Shown piece by piece: positions 18,760 to 29,300 of a DNA stretch of 64,000 bases. Position numbers and translations under genes: made by a program. This DNA is from an uncultured Fidelibacterota bacterium. GTDB lineage: Bacteria > Fidelibacterota > Marinisomatia > Marinisomatales > UBA1611. The stretch is taken from contig CAJWHW010000005.1 in NCBI GenBank assembly GCA_913040915.1, positions 1 to 64,000 on the forward strand, given 5' to 3'. The notes beneath the pieces are model-generated. The model made no database searches and was not told where the DNA came from. It saw only the letters and a list, made by a program, of their open reading frames with translations. Every line of letters starts with the position of its first letter. Positions within the stretch are counted from its first letter, which is position 1.

Positions 18760-18804
18760 CTATTCACGAAAAAAGATTATATCTTAATTTTGTTAAATTG
18801 AACC

Positions 18805-19938
18805 ATGATTTATGCAGGTATCTATATCCATATCCCTTTTTGCGCCATAAAATGTATGTATTGTGATTTCTACTCCATAGCAGATGGTGAAGACAATATT
18901 CCTCAATTTGTTGATGCAGTTTCTTGGGAAATTAAAAACTGTTTAATAGATGTATCTGATTGGGAATTTGATACAATCTTTATAGGTGGCGGGACACCAA
19001 GTCTATTAAAAACAAGTCATATAGAAAATATCCTATCCTGTTTAAATAAAAAATTTGACCTTTCAAATGTAAAAGAATTCACAATAGAAGCAAATCCGGG
19101 AGAAATAACAAAAGACAAGTTAAAGGACTTCCGACAAATGGGAATCAATCGGTTATCCATTGGTGTACAATCGTTGGAGCCAGACTTATTGAAATTTTTA
19201 ACACGAATACATTCAGTAGACCAAATATTTGAGACATATGAATTTGCTAGATCTGCAGGATTCAATAATGTCAATTGTGACTTAATTTATTCCATCCCTG
19301 GTCAAACTTGGGATATTTGGCAACGAGATCTTAATCAAATCATTGAATTAGAACCGAACCATATTTCTGCTTACACACTTACTTTAGAAAAAGGAACAGA
19401 TCTTTTCAAATTAGTAAAAAATAAAAAAGTTACCATGCCAAAAGATGGGCAAACAGGCGATTGGATTTTACAAACACATGACATTTTAAAAAATGCAGGG
19501 TATCCCGCATATGAGATTTCCAATTTTTCAAAACCGGAATTTAAATGTATGCATAATCTTCATTATTGGCGCATTCAACCCTACTTAGCGTTTGGTCCTT
19601 CAGCGCACGGATTTGATGGACAAAATCGATGGAACAATTCAAGATCGTTAGATAATTATTTCAAACAAATTGAATCTGAAAAATCTCCAATCTCTATGAT
19701 AGAAATATTAAGTGAAAAAGATAAATTAAATGAAATGATCGGTTTTGGACTTCGTTTGAAAGAAGGGATTAATTATTCAAAAATTCCGGAGATTTTTTTA
19801 GATACTTTTAATCAAAATTTAGAAATTGCTCAACAAAAATGGAGTGGTTGTTTTATCTTAAAAGAAAAATCAATTTCACTAACTACCAAAGGCATGGCGT
19901 ACTGTGATGGGATTGGAGTGGATCTAATGATGGATTAG
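18805..19938 (+). CDS. hemW: Radical SAM heme chaperone HemW
   Basis: YIHIPFC..KC.YCDF, GGGTPS, EANP, YEISNF, HN..YW. Confidence 0.9.
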   Translation: MIYAGIYIHIPFCAIKCMYCDFYSIADGEDNIPQFVDAVSWEIKNCLIDVSDWEFDTIFIGGGTPSLLKTSHIENILSCLNKKFDLSNVKEFTIEANPGEITKDKLKDFRQMGINRLSIGVQSLEPDLLKFLTRIHSVDQIFETYEFARSAGFNNVNCDLIYSIPGQTWDIWQRDLNQIIELEPNHISAYTLTLEKGTDLFKLVKNKKVTMPKDGQTGDWILQTHDILKNAGYPAYEISNFSKPEFKCMHNLHYWRIQPYLAFGPSAHGFDGQNRWNNSRSLDNYFKQIESEKSPISMIEILSEKDKLNEMIGFGLRLKEGINYSKIPEIFLDTFNQNLEIAQQKWSGCFILKEKSISLTTKGMAYCDGIGVDLMMD

Positions 19939-20015
19939 GGATTTTTAGGCAGAAGATTGTGTATTTGAGTTCTATCTAACTCCCCAACACCTAATCACTT
20001 TTAAACTTAGAAACA

Positions 20016-20789
20016 CTAGTATGTGAAGTGTTTTATCTTCTCTCCTTCATCACCAATTCGCATCATCGCTTCAATACCCATTTCTAAATGAAGGTCCACG
20101 TATTGATGAGTGACTTCTTTATCCGATTCTTCTGTCTTTACCCCTTCCGGTGTCATGGGTGTATCAGAAACTAATAATAAAGCACCTCTGTTAATGCCAT
20201 TGGCAAACCCTGTAATGAAAACAGTGGCAGTCTCCATATCAATTCCAATTGCACGCACTTTTCGAAGATATGCTTTGAATTCATTATCATGTTCCCACAC
20301 ACGACGATTAGTTGTATATATCACACCGGTACGATATTCCATTTCATGTTCAAATAATACTTGGGACACATGTTTGTGAAGTTTAAATGAAGGCATCGCG
20401 GGCACTTCTTTGGGAAAATAATCATCACTTGTACCCTCTCCACGGATGGCTGCAATGGGTAAAATAAAATGACCCAACTCTGTAGATTGTTTTAACCCTC
20501 CACATTTCCCAAGGAATAAAACACCCTTTGGAGAGATACTAGATATTAAATCCATAATTGTGGCTGCATTGGCACTGCCCATTCCATAATTGATAATAGA
20601 TAACCCCTCGTTATTCGTGGCTGATGTCATAGCACCACTTTTGCCTTTCACATACACATCAAATTTTTCCGCAAACTTGTCTACGTAGTTTTGAAAATTG
20701 GTAATGAGAATCCAATCACCAAAATCATCTGGATCTGTGCCCGTATAACGGCGGAGCCAATTTCTTGTGATTTTTTCTTTATTCATCAT
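20016..20789 (-). CDS. amn: AMP nucleosidase (short, Bacteroidetes-type)
   Basis: NWL.RYTG, GMGSANAATIMDL, LFLGKCGG, AAIRGEGTS, TTNRRVWEHD, IDMETA. Confidence 0.9.
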   Translation of the reverse strand: MMNKEKITRNWLRRYTGTDPDDFGDWILITNFQNYVDKFAEKFDVYVKGKSGAMTSATNNEGLSIINYGMGSANAATIMDLISSISPKGVLFLGKCGGLKQSTELGHFILPIAAIRGEGTSDDYFPKEVPAMPSFKLHKHVSQVLFEHEMEYRTGVIYTTNRRVWEHDNEFKAYLRKVRAIGIDMETATVFITGFANGINRGALLLVSDTPMTPEGVKTEESDKEVTHQYVDLHLEMGIEAMMRIGDEGEKIKHFTY

Positions 20790-21550
20790 TTATCTAAGAT
20801 TAACGAAACAGGGCAATGGTCGGAACCAAAAATATCAGAATGAATATCCGCATCAATACAAAATTTTACCATATCTTCATTCACAAAAAAGTAATCAATC
20901 CGCCAACCTACGTTTCGTTCTCTTGCACCAAAACGGTACGTCCACCAAGAATATCGTTCTCCTTCTTCATGAAATAATCGAAATGTATCTACCCACCCTT
21001 CTTCTACATATCGGTCTAATTTTTCACGTTCGATGGGCATAAAACCAGATGTATTTATATTATCTTTTGGCCTGGCCAAATCTATGGGCTGGTGAGCTGT
21101 ATTCCAATCCCCTGCAACAATAACATTATTTCCAGATTCAACCTGCTCATTGATTATTGGAAGTAAATCATCATAAAAATCTAATTTATATTTCAGACGT
21201 ATATCATCTTTTTGCCCATTTGGGAAATAAATATTATAGATGAGAAAATTCTCATGCTCTGTCAATAGAACACGGCCTTCATCGTCATATTTTTGGATTC
21301 CCAATCCTTCTTGAACATAGAGCGGTTCTTCTCTACAGAAGGTTGCGACACCACTGTAACCTCTGCGTACACCAGAATGCCAATATGCATAATACCCATG
21401 GTCTTCTAAAATCTCCTTTGATAACTGATCAACATGTGCCTTTGTTTCTTGAATACATAAGATATCAGGCTGTTCATGATCTAAATAATCTAAAAACCCT
21501 TTTTTTACCGCTGCCCTAATGCCATTTACATTCCAAGAGATAAGTTTCAT
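20786..21550 (-). CDS. xth: Exodeoxyribonuclease III / AP endonuclease
   Basis: SWNVNGIRA, IQETK, GYSGVA, YFPNG, GDWNTAH, GWRIDY, SDHCP. Confidence 0.95.
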   Translation of the reverse strand: MKLISWNVNGIRAAVKKGFLDYLDHEQPDILCIQETKAHVDQLSKEILEDHGYYAYWHSGVRRGYSGVATFCREEPLYVQEGLGIQKYDDEGRVLLTEHENFLIYNIYFPNGQKDDIRLKYKLDFYDDLLPIINEQVESGNNVIVAGDWNTAHQPIDLARPKDNINTSGFMPIEREKLDRYVEEGWVDTFRLFHEEGERYSWWTYRFGARERNVGWRIDYFFVNEDMVKFCIDADIHSDIFGSDHCPVSLILDK

Positions 21551-21680
21551 GATTTTTTCCTAAAATTTAGTGATGAGTTTAATCCCACTTTTGATAGATC
21601 GCCAAATAGGGTAAATATGACTTAAATTTAGGTGAGTAGAATAGAATGTTTTAATTTCATGCACCAATTTTCTGGAAAAA

Positions 21681-22154
21681 ATGTCTCAAAAACGTAAAGG
21701 AATTTCTAAACCTCGGCATAAGCCATTTTTCCAAGAATACAACTTCGAAATTACTGTTTTATTGTTAATTAGTCTGGGCATTTTTCTATTAGTAGAGGAA
21801 ATGGAGATTAAACATTATATCTATGTAATTATTAGAAGTATTTTATTCTCAATTGGAGATTTCATAAAAACTCTCCGAGACGGAACAATTTTTTTAATTG
21901 ATAAGTTTGAAGTTTCGGATATAGTGGGCATTTCACTAATTATTTTTGCTCTCTTTCTTATTGCCAATCGCTGGCGGGAAAGAATGATTGAACGTTACTC
22001 TATTTTAAAAAAATGTCCTAAATGTTCCAGCGAATTAAAAAGGATCCGTAGGGAATTAAAACATAAAATAACCGGCTTTATTTATTTTGTTAATGTGAAA
22101 AATTATCACTGTAAAGAATGTGATTATAATGGCATAAAAATGATGAAAAATTAA
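21681..22154 (+). CDS. Hypothetical membrane protein with C-terminal zinc-ribbon
   Basis: Two hydrophobic segments, then CPKC...CKEC. Confidence 0.6.
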   Translation: MSQKRKGISKPRHKPFFQEYNFEITVLLLISLGIFLLVEEMEIKHYIYVIIRSILFSIGDFIKTLRDGTIFLIDKFEVSDIVGISLIIFALFLIANRWRERMIERYSILKKCPKCSSELKRIRRELKHKITGFIYFVNVKNYHCKECDYNGIKMMKN

Positions 22155-22166
22155 AAAGGGAAAAAA

Positions 22167-22487
22167 ATGGAATTAAAAAAACAGATTATTCAGGATATTC
22201 AGTCAAATCCAATCATACTTTATTTAAAAGGGACTAAAGAAATGCCAGTTTGTGGATTCTCAAATCAAGTAGTGCAAATATTAAACCATTATGGAGTAGA
22301 GTACAAAGATATTAATGTATTGGAAGACCCCATGATTCGGATAAAATTAAGTGAACATTCCAACTGGCCAACCATTCCCCAATTATTTGTGAATGGTGAA
22401 CTAGTTGGTGGAGCAGATATTGCAATGGAGTTACATCAAAACGGTCAACTATTAGATATCCTTGATAAGGTAAATTCTAACGGGTAA
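22167..22487 (+). CDS. grxD: Monothiol glutaredoxin Grx4
   Basis: KGT...P.CGFS, WPTIPQL, GGAD. Confidence 0.93.
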   Translation: MELKKQIIQDIQSNPIILYLKGTKEMPVCGFSNQVVQILNHYGVEYKDINVLEDPMIRIKLSEHSNWPTIPQLFVNGELVGGADIAMELHQNGQLLDILDKVNSNG

Positions 22488-22566
22488 ATCAAATAAAAAA
22501 GATTGGTGTAGCTTATCTACTTTAAATAAATTTTTCCCCAATTTTATTAATGAATCATCACTTTTT

Positions 22567-22638
22567 GGCCCGTTCGTCTAGTGGTTAGGACTCCAGGTTT
22601 TCATCCTGGCAACAGGAGTTCGATTCTCCTACGGGCTA
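22567..22638 (+). tRNA. tRNA-Glu (TTC)
   Basis: Cloverleaf: acceptor GGCCCGT/ACGGGCT, anticodon arm CCAGG-TTTTCAT-CCTGG, T-arm AGGAG-TTCGATT-CTCCT; CCA not encoded. Confidence 0.97.
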
Positions 22639-22644
22639 CAACTG

Positions 22645-22670
22645 AAACCCCGCAATTGCGGGGTTTTTTT
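22645..22670 (+). terminator. Rho-independent terminator after tRNA-Glu
   Basis: AAACCCCGC-AATT-GCGGGGTTT followed by a T run. Confidence 0.9.
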
Positions 22671-22690
22671 AATCCAATCTAATTTGGCTC

Positions 22691-23116
22691 ATGTATATTG
22701 AACTGCACCCAACTTTAGTACATTTTCCAATTGCTTTTATCACATTAGCATATTTTTTCCAATGGGTTATTGTAATAAAACCAGGTTGGGTTCCAAAACA
22801 TTTAAATTTATGGGTTTTAATCCCTGCTGCTCTATCCACTCTTCCTGCTGTTTTATCCGGTGAAAACGCCAAAGAATCTCTTAGTGACATTTGTCAGGAA
22901 GCACATGAAACATTAAAAAATCATGAGCTCTTTGCTAATATAACTACATGGGGAATTATTCTTTTAACCTTGGTATGGGTTTATATAACAATTAAAGGGA
23001 AAGCTGATGCCAAAGTTCAGCAACTTCTAACAGCATTTTTAACACTAGTATTTATAAGTGCTTGCATTACAGGCTACTTAGGTGGAGAATTAGTTCATAA
23101 ATGGAATGTGAATTAA
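22691..23116 (+). CDS. DUF2231 family membrane protein
   Basis: LHP.LVHFPIA, mid-protein H, C-terminal G..GG.LVH; four hydrophobic segments. Confidence 0.8.
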   Translation: MYIELHPTLVHFPIAFITLAYFFQWVIVIKPGWVPKHLNLWVLIPAALSTLPAVLSGENAKESLSDICQEAHETLKNHELFANITTWGIILLTLVWVYITIKGKADAKVQQLLTAFLTLVFISACITGYLGGELVHKWNVN

Positions 23117-23119
23117 TTT

Positions 23120-25531
23120 TTAATTTTTAAACCAATAATTTAATTTGAAATATAAAGCATTTGCATTTTCTGATGCCCACACTTTATCTATAGGAGAATA
23201 ATATCGATTATCATTTAGATTATATACTAAAAAAATTGTACTTCCAGAACGATATTCCCAGCGTAAAACAAAAGTGCCCACCGTATTCTTCAAAATAAAA
23301 TCAGGATTATTAGAATCATCTAGATAGTCATAGGATTCAAGGTCCATAGTCTCCGGTGCTAAAAGTCGATAGTAATTTTCATATTTCATTTCTGCAAGAA
23401 ATGGTTGTACAAAACATTGAAGACTAAGGTTTGGTGAAAAAGTCCAATTAAGGCGCAAAGTAACGTCCCTTTTCATGAGTATAGAGTTGGCATAAATCCT
23501 GGCAGTATCATCCAAAGTCTCCACAATATCAACCCATTGCATATATGTAGGAATACGGTCTTGCTTTGCTTTTATTTCAATATTTAGAGGCTCAATTGGT
23601 TTTATAACTACACCTAAATTTATTCCATGACCCCGTCCTCTATTTTTACCGTACCCAACTCCAATATTTGCTTCAAAAACCACTTTTTTTCGGCGGTCAG
23701 AGCTGATAACTGGACCTGCAAATCCCAAAAGTTCTGTTTTGTAAGCCCATGCATTATCAACCCTGAAAATATCATTATCATTGTAAGCAGGTAAAAATAC
23801 TTTACTAAAAAATCCAACTCTCCAATAATTACTGAATAAATTTTCTTGTACAATATCTAATCCTTTTTGCAGTACCAAACCATCACCCCGCCATTCCTGC
23901 TTGTATTTAAACTCTATTTTATTATTTATGAAGTTTCCCCAAGGTTCCTGCTTTCTTAACTCAACTTTACCACCAATCCAGTTTATATCGTTACGGCGTA
24001 AATAGCCTAGATCATTCACATCAAACTTATCACCATAATTACCATACCAGAAATTAGCGCTCCACCATAATGGATCAATGTAACCAAGGTTAAAACGGAT
24101 TGCATTACCAGTTATGTTATCAACATTAGAGCGAACCATTTGACCATTTGTAAATAATTTATTATCTAGTAAACCTAGATTCCAGTCTAATCCCGTAACT
24201 GTTGCACCGGGATTACTTTTACGTTGAACATTTGTAACCATTAAACCTATTCTGGAAATGTTATTGATCACTGGTAATTCAAAGCGGCCAATTGTATAGT
24301 TTGTCTTTGGCTCAATTACTATTTTTTGGTTTTTCTGAGCATCTGTCGAATCAGCTATCAATATGCCTATTTCTTCTGAAGTAATTGCACCAATTAATCC
24401 ATAATTCACACCAGATGCTGTATTCCCAATAATTTTAGTGGCCCCTAAAATTGTTGTATAATCAGGTACATTTTCTAGTTCACCTTCTTCTGGGAAATAA
24501 TATCCTGGAGTTTTGCCAATCCGCCTTGAATGAAAAAGAGATAGTCGTTGACTGAAAAACTTGGATCCTTCCGAAAAGAATGGTCTTTTTTCTTCATAAA
24601 ATGTTTCAAAAGCTGTAAGATTTAAAACTGAAGGATCTGCTTCTACCTGGCCAAAATCTGGATTGAAAGTCATTTTCATTATTGAATTTGGTGTGAGTCT
24701 ATATCTTAAATCGAGACCCATATCAATAAGTGTTTCAGAAGTACGTCCGAGTAAAGTATATGGGATTATCTCTAGCTGTTTTGGGTTAGGTATATCTTTT
24801 AAACCTAAAAGCACACCAAGTGGAAATACACTTCCACGAACTGCTTTAGTACGTCCCGGCCACATAAGTGTTTCCTGGATTCGGTGCACACTTCTTAAAA
24901 ATTCTATTCCCCATACTAAATCTGGTTTATTATCAAATTGGAATATCGCAAAAGGTAGCTTGAATTCTGCTGTCCACCCATCCTCGTTGATTGATACAGC
25001 AACATCCCAAACAGCATCCCAACTTGGATCGTAATTTTTATCTCCAGTTACTGCAACATCTATTTTTACTCCAGATGCATTGACAGCAATAAAATAACCA
25101 TTATAATTGTCATTTCTTGAATCAATGGTAAAACCAACCCAATCAGAATTATTGTTGAATCCATCCATCCAATTATCCCTTCTAGCCAGAGCACGTTTAA
25201 TCTGTTTTGCTTGGGAATCAAATGATTGAAAAGAAATGTATAGTGAATTATTATCGTATAAAACTCTAGTTGTAGTTATTTCTGAAGGCTGGTCTAGCTC
25301 TAATGGATCGATCTGAAAAAATTCATCAACAGGAATCGCAGATTGCCATACAGCATCATCTACTACACCATCAATCAATGGTGGCTCTGTGCATCTGATA
25401 GCTGTAGCTGTTTTGAATCTCAAAGAATCTGGATTAAAGTCTTTCAAATAATTTGAGTTACCAAAAGCTGTAGCTATATTAAACAATATGAAAATTATTG
25501 ATATAATAAAGAGCCTATTTTTATTTGCCAT
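23120..25531 (-). CDS. CBM9-like plus DUF5916 outer-membrane protein
   Basis: P.IDG..DD..W, GWTAEF.LPF, NPDFGQVEAD, FYEEKRPFF.EG, SRRIG; C-terminus KLNYWF; ATG 25531 preferred. Confidence 0.8.
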   Translation of the reverse strand: MANKNRLFIISIIFILFNIATAFGNSNYLKDFNPDSLRFKTATAIRCTEPPLIDGVVDDAVWQSAIPVDEFFQIDPLELDQPSEITTTRVLYDNNSLYISFQSFDSQAKQIKRALARRDNWMDGFNNNSDWVGFTIDSRNDNYNGYFIAVNASGVKIDVAVTGDKNYDPSWDAVWDVAVSINEDGWTAEFKLPFAIFQFDNKPDLVWGIEFLRSVHRIQETLMWPGRTKAVRGSVFPLGVLLGLKDIPNPKQLEIIPYTLLGRTSETLIDMGLDLRYRLTPNSIMKMTFNPDFGQVEADPSVLNLTAFETFYEEKRPFFSEGSKFFSQRLSLFHSRRIGKTPGYYFPEEGELENVPDYTTILGATKIIGNTASGVNYGLIGAITSEEIGILIADSTDAQKNQKIVIEPKTNYTIGRFELPVINNISRIGLMVTNVQRKSNPGATVTGLDWNLGLLDNKLFTNGQMVRSNVDNITGNAIRFNLGYIDPLWWSANFWYGNYGDKFDVNDLGYLRRNDINWIGGKVELRKQEPWGNFINNKIEFKYKQEWRGDGLVLQKGLDIVQENLFSNYWRVGFFSKVFLPAYNDNDIFRVDNAWAYKTELLGFAGPVISSDRRKKVVFEANIGVGYGKNRGRGHGINLGVVIKPIEPLNIEIKAKQDRIPTYMQWVDIVETLDDTARIYANSILMKRDVTLRLNWTFSPNLSLQCFVQPFLAEMKYENYYRLLAPETMDLESYDYLDDSNNPDFILKNTVGTFVLRWEYRSGSTIFLVYNLNDNRYYSPIDKVWASENANALYFKLNYWFKN

Positions 25532-25597
25532 TACAGTAACTCTAGTAGCACTTGATGGGTTATTTGATTTTGAAATCAAATGATTATAATTATTATT

Positions 25598-26272
25598 TTA
25601 ATGGGAATGGCCAAACCAATTATAACTCAAATAGATGAAACCGACTCCCATAATTAGAACTCCACTAACCAACTCAGAATTAATATTAAATTGAATTTTG
25701 TTCATTTTATTTATAAGAATATTTTTGGTATAATTAAATGTAACTACAATAAAGAATAAAACCAGGCCGATTCCCAAAACATAAATAGATATAAAACGTA
25801 AAATGTCACTTATACTAGGAGTTAGTCCAGTCATCATTATAACCGCAAGCGAAGAAGCACAGGGCAGCATTCCAGTTAATAAGCCCACCGTAATTGGATT
25901 TCCCACTTTTGTTTCATTGTATTGGCCGTGTTTGTGGCTGCAATCATCAGAATGGATATGTTTTACTTTGTAAAGTGCCCTAACAAATATATAAATGCCA
26001 AAGACAAGGATGATAAATGGACCTAACCAATGAGAAATATCATGAATAAAATCACTTGCTAATTCTGTCATAATTATATTAAAAACAATTGCGATCAAAC
26101 TAAGTACCCCAAAATGGGAAAATAATAAACTTGCTGTTAGTAAAAGAATTTTATTGAAATCCAATTTTCCGCCAATTGTGTAGGCCAGTAGGAATGTTTT
26201 ACCATGACCTGGCTCCAATGCATGAAGAGAGCCTAAAAGAAATATAGATGTAATAGTTAGGGAGTCTGTCAT
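25598..26272 (-). CDS. Nickel/cobalt transporter (RcnA/NicO family)
   Basis: LG.LHALEPGHGKT, short His-rich loop HIHSDDCSHKH, G..PC; ATG 26272 preferred because 26296 lies inside a terminator hairpin. Confidence 0.8.
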   Translation of the reverse strand: MTDSLTITSIFLLGSLHALEPGHGKTFLLAYTIGGKLDFNKILLLTASLLFSHFGVLSLIAIVFNIIMTELASDFIHDISHWLGPFIILVFGIYIFVRALYKVKHIHSDDCSHKHGQYNETKVGNPITVGLLTGMLPCASSLAVIMMTGLTPSISDILRFISIYVLGIGLVLFFIVVTFNYTKNILINKMNKIQFNINSELVSGVLIMGVGFIYLSYNWFGHSH

Positions 26273-26280
26273 ATCTATCC

Positions 26281-26311
26281 AAAAAAATAGCCCCATAAAT
26301 TGAGGCTATTT
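26281..26311 (-). terminator. Probable Rho-independent terminator after the C25 peptidase gene
   Basis: Minus strand AAATAGCCTCA-ATTTA-TGGGGCTATTT followed by TTTT. Confidence 0.7.
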
Positions 26312-26333
26312 ATAGGTAAAATATTATTTAGAA

Positions 26334-29300
26334 TTATTCATTAAGCACTGCATCAACGATGAGTAAAACATCGTAGAGGTTAACTATGCCATCGAGATTC
26401 ATATCAGCGTTCTGTACCTGTTCAAATGTAAAACCAACATTACCTACAACGTAATTAACAAGATAGATTACATCAAAAATGCTTATCAAACCATCCAGAT
26501 TAGTATCACCAAAATCAATATTTAAGGGTGGTACAGAACCAGCTGGGAATACTATACGGTCAATCCAAGCACAATCTTGCCCAGCACTTTGAGCTCCGTC
26601 TTTCATATATACCCATCGCAATGTATGCATACCAACAGGTATGTTAATTGTATATTCTGTCCAGTCTGTCTCTCCACCAATAATTATATTGACCGGTTCA
26701 TCATTAATAAAAAAAGTAAGATAATCATAAATACTACCACTGGCACCTTGCTCCGAAGATGATTTAGCCCAGAATGAAATTTCACCTTCATATAGTATAT
26801 TCATTTCAATAGCCAGCTCAGAAGTTTCACCATCATTTATATCCCCAGATTGTGCAGAATAACTTCCCGAGTATGCATTGGAACTAATAGACCATTCATT
26901 ATCTCCACTATGAATCCAATCAAATGCAGTAAAATTTTCTGACTCAAAATCTTCGATTAGCAGACCTAGAGTAATGGGTATAGGGAAGACATTTTCGTAA
27001 TCCGTCCCTGAAGAACCTATCACCAGACCAACCAGTGCCGTATGACCAATTGGCGCATCGTTGCTGGCAGTCAAATCAACTGTCACGCTGAGATTCCCAT
27101 TAATTTCCCAAAGGTATGCATTATCACTAGTCACAGTTCCCAATGTGATATTTGGATCACTGGTAGTGGCTATAAATGTTGGATAATTCAAAGGAGCATT
27201 ACCTAGATTATTAAGGACTAATTGCATCGTTGTAGACTCACCTGGGTCTAGGGTCCCATTACCCATATCCATAAATTCAACTGATAATAAATTGAATTCC
27301 GGAGCTTCCACAGGGATATTTGTTTCGTATTCCCAAGTTTCATTCCCATCTGTAACATTCAAAATAAAAGGTATGATTGACCCATTTTCAACGTTCCAAC
27401 TTACCATAAATTCGAAAGGGCCTATGGTCACCTCTTCGCCTGCTGCAATTGAAGTATGTTCAAGAATAGTATTATTCATATCTACCATATCACCATCATG
27501 AGATAAGCTAAAGGTCAAATCTCCTGATGAATCCTGGCCGACATTTTCAAAAGTCACGTATAAATATCCCGTCTCACCAAAATCGAGTATTTGATCTGAA
27601 CCTCCATTCACAGCAATATCGCCCATAAGCAGATATGCACCGTCTGGGGCAATAACATTTACGGCTGTCTCATAAGGGATTTTATTATATCCGGTAACAA
27701 CTAAATCTATGCTTCCAGGTACATCTAGAGGTGTATCAAAATTAATTGTTGCTGCCCCTGAACCATCCGTATATGTAGAGCCTAATAATTCACCATCTCT
27801 AGATATCGCTACTAATGCACCGCTTTCTCCAGTTTCAATACTAAATTCGGTAGCACCTATAATCATGACACCATTATGTGATGTATTCATATCTGTTGGG
27901 GTATCGGTCCGAACAACAACAGACGGATCACCGAAGCAAGTCCAATAATAGGTTTCATTGTATCCTGCACTACCATAACTGTCATTCATTTGTAACATTC
28001 CATTAAAAGAGAGCCCCCCAAAAGTACGTTTAATATTATTCTCATAAGATTCAACCAAAATGGCATTCATTTCATCCTGACCTTCCATCGGAGGATTCCA
28101 TCCCTGATTTACTGTGGACATGAGGGTAGCAACGGCCCCAATTGGTGTCCCATCACTTGCAGTTGCACGCAACCATGTTTCAGCAAAACAGGTACCAATA
28201 TGGAATTCGCCATTTACGCATGCGACTGACCAAATAAATGGATACATACCTATATTGACTAAACCGTTAACATCTGTTTGATTCATGGGACATCCGTTTC
28301 CCCAGGATCCATTGGAACCATGTCCTGTGTAATTAATGATAGAACGGCCTTCATTCAGAGCGGCTTCTCCATCCGCCACAGTTCCACTTGGGTCATAAAT
28401 CTGGTCTATTTCCATATAAGTATAATTTAATAATTGATCACGTATATTGTTTAAGTGCTCATCATCATATTCACCATCATCTCCAGGACCTTGGTCTGAT
28501 GCAAACCCGGATCCTTTTTTATACCAGTCTGCCATTGGATCTGGCTCCATTTCATAAGCTATTGTCCTATTAACCATTGTTTCAACATGTATACCTGTTT
28601 CTGCAGAAAAACGACCGATAAAAAGTTCAGGATATGCATCATTACCTGAAATAAAAGTTAAGGAATTATCAGAAGGACTATTTGAGCCATTACCATTTGA
28701 ACGACGTATCGATTCAATTTGAGCAATATCTCCTACAAGCAAAACATATGCGATACCGTCTTCGTAATATTTATCCGCAATGAATTGCTCCATATCAGGA
28801 ACACCACCAACATTTGCAACATCAACTATTTCTGTTGGGATACCTTTGTAATTTTTCCAATCAATAAATGCTTGCATCTCATCCATGAACTCGCCATGTG
28901 AAATAATTAGCATAGGACCATGTTCATCAAGGGGCTCATATCGGTCTGTTGTCTGATAGTTTAAAAAGTGTTCAGAGTATATATTTTCAAATTCCCTTGA
29001 ACCACCTTTATTTGGTCGACGTGTTAAAGGGTTGATGTTACTGATGCCATTTTCCTTAATAAAAATTTTTATGTATTTAAATACCCTGAGTTTTCTTTGA
29101 ATAGGATTAAATTGGATTGGTTGAAAAACAATAGATTGACCACGTGTATTTCGCATGACATATGGCTCCCGCAGAAAAACAATTTCATCAGGATAAAATT
29201 TATCCGTCTGGTATGCTTTTCCATAGGTATAAAGTATACTGGACGGATCTACATTACGTAGAAGGTTCCCTTTGGAAGAGCTCAAGTCTTCAAAATCTAT

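Noticed and set aside
18785..18792. Bacteroidetes-type -7 promoter element TAnnTTTG upstream of hemW
   Set aside because: Single short match in AT-rich DNA with no convincing -33 partner, and not recurring before other genes
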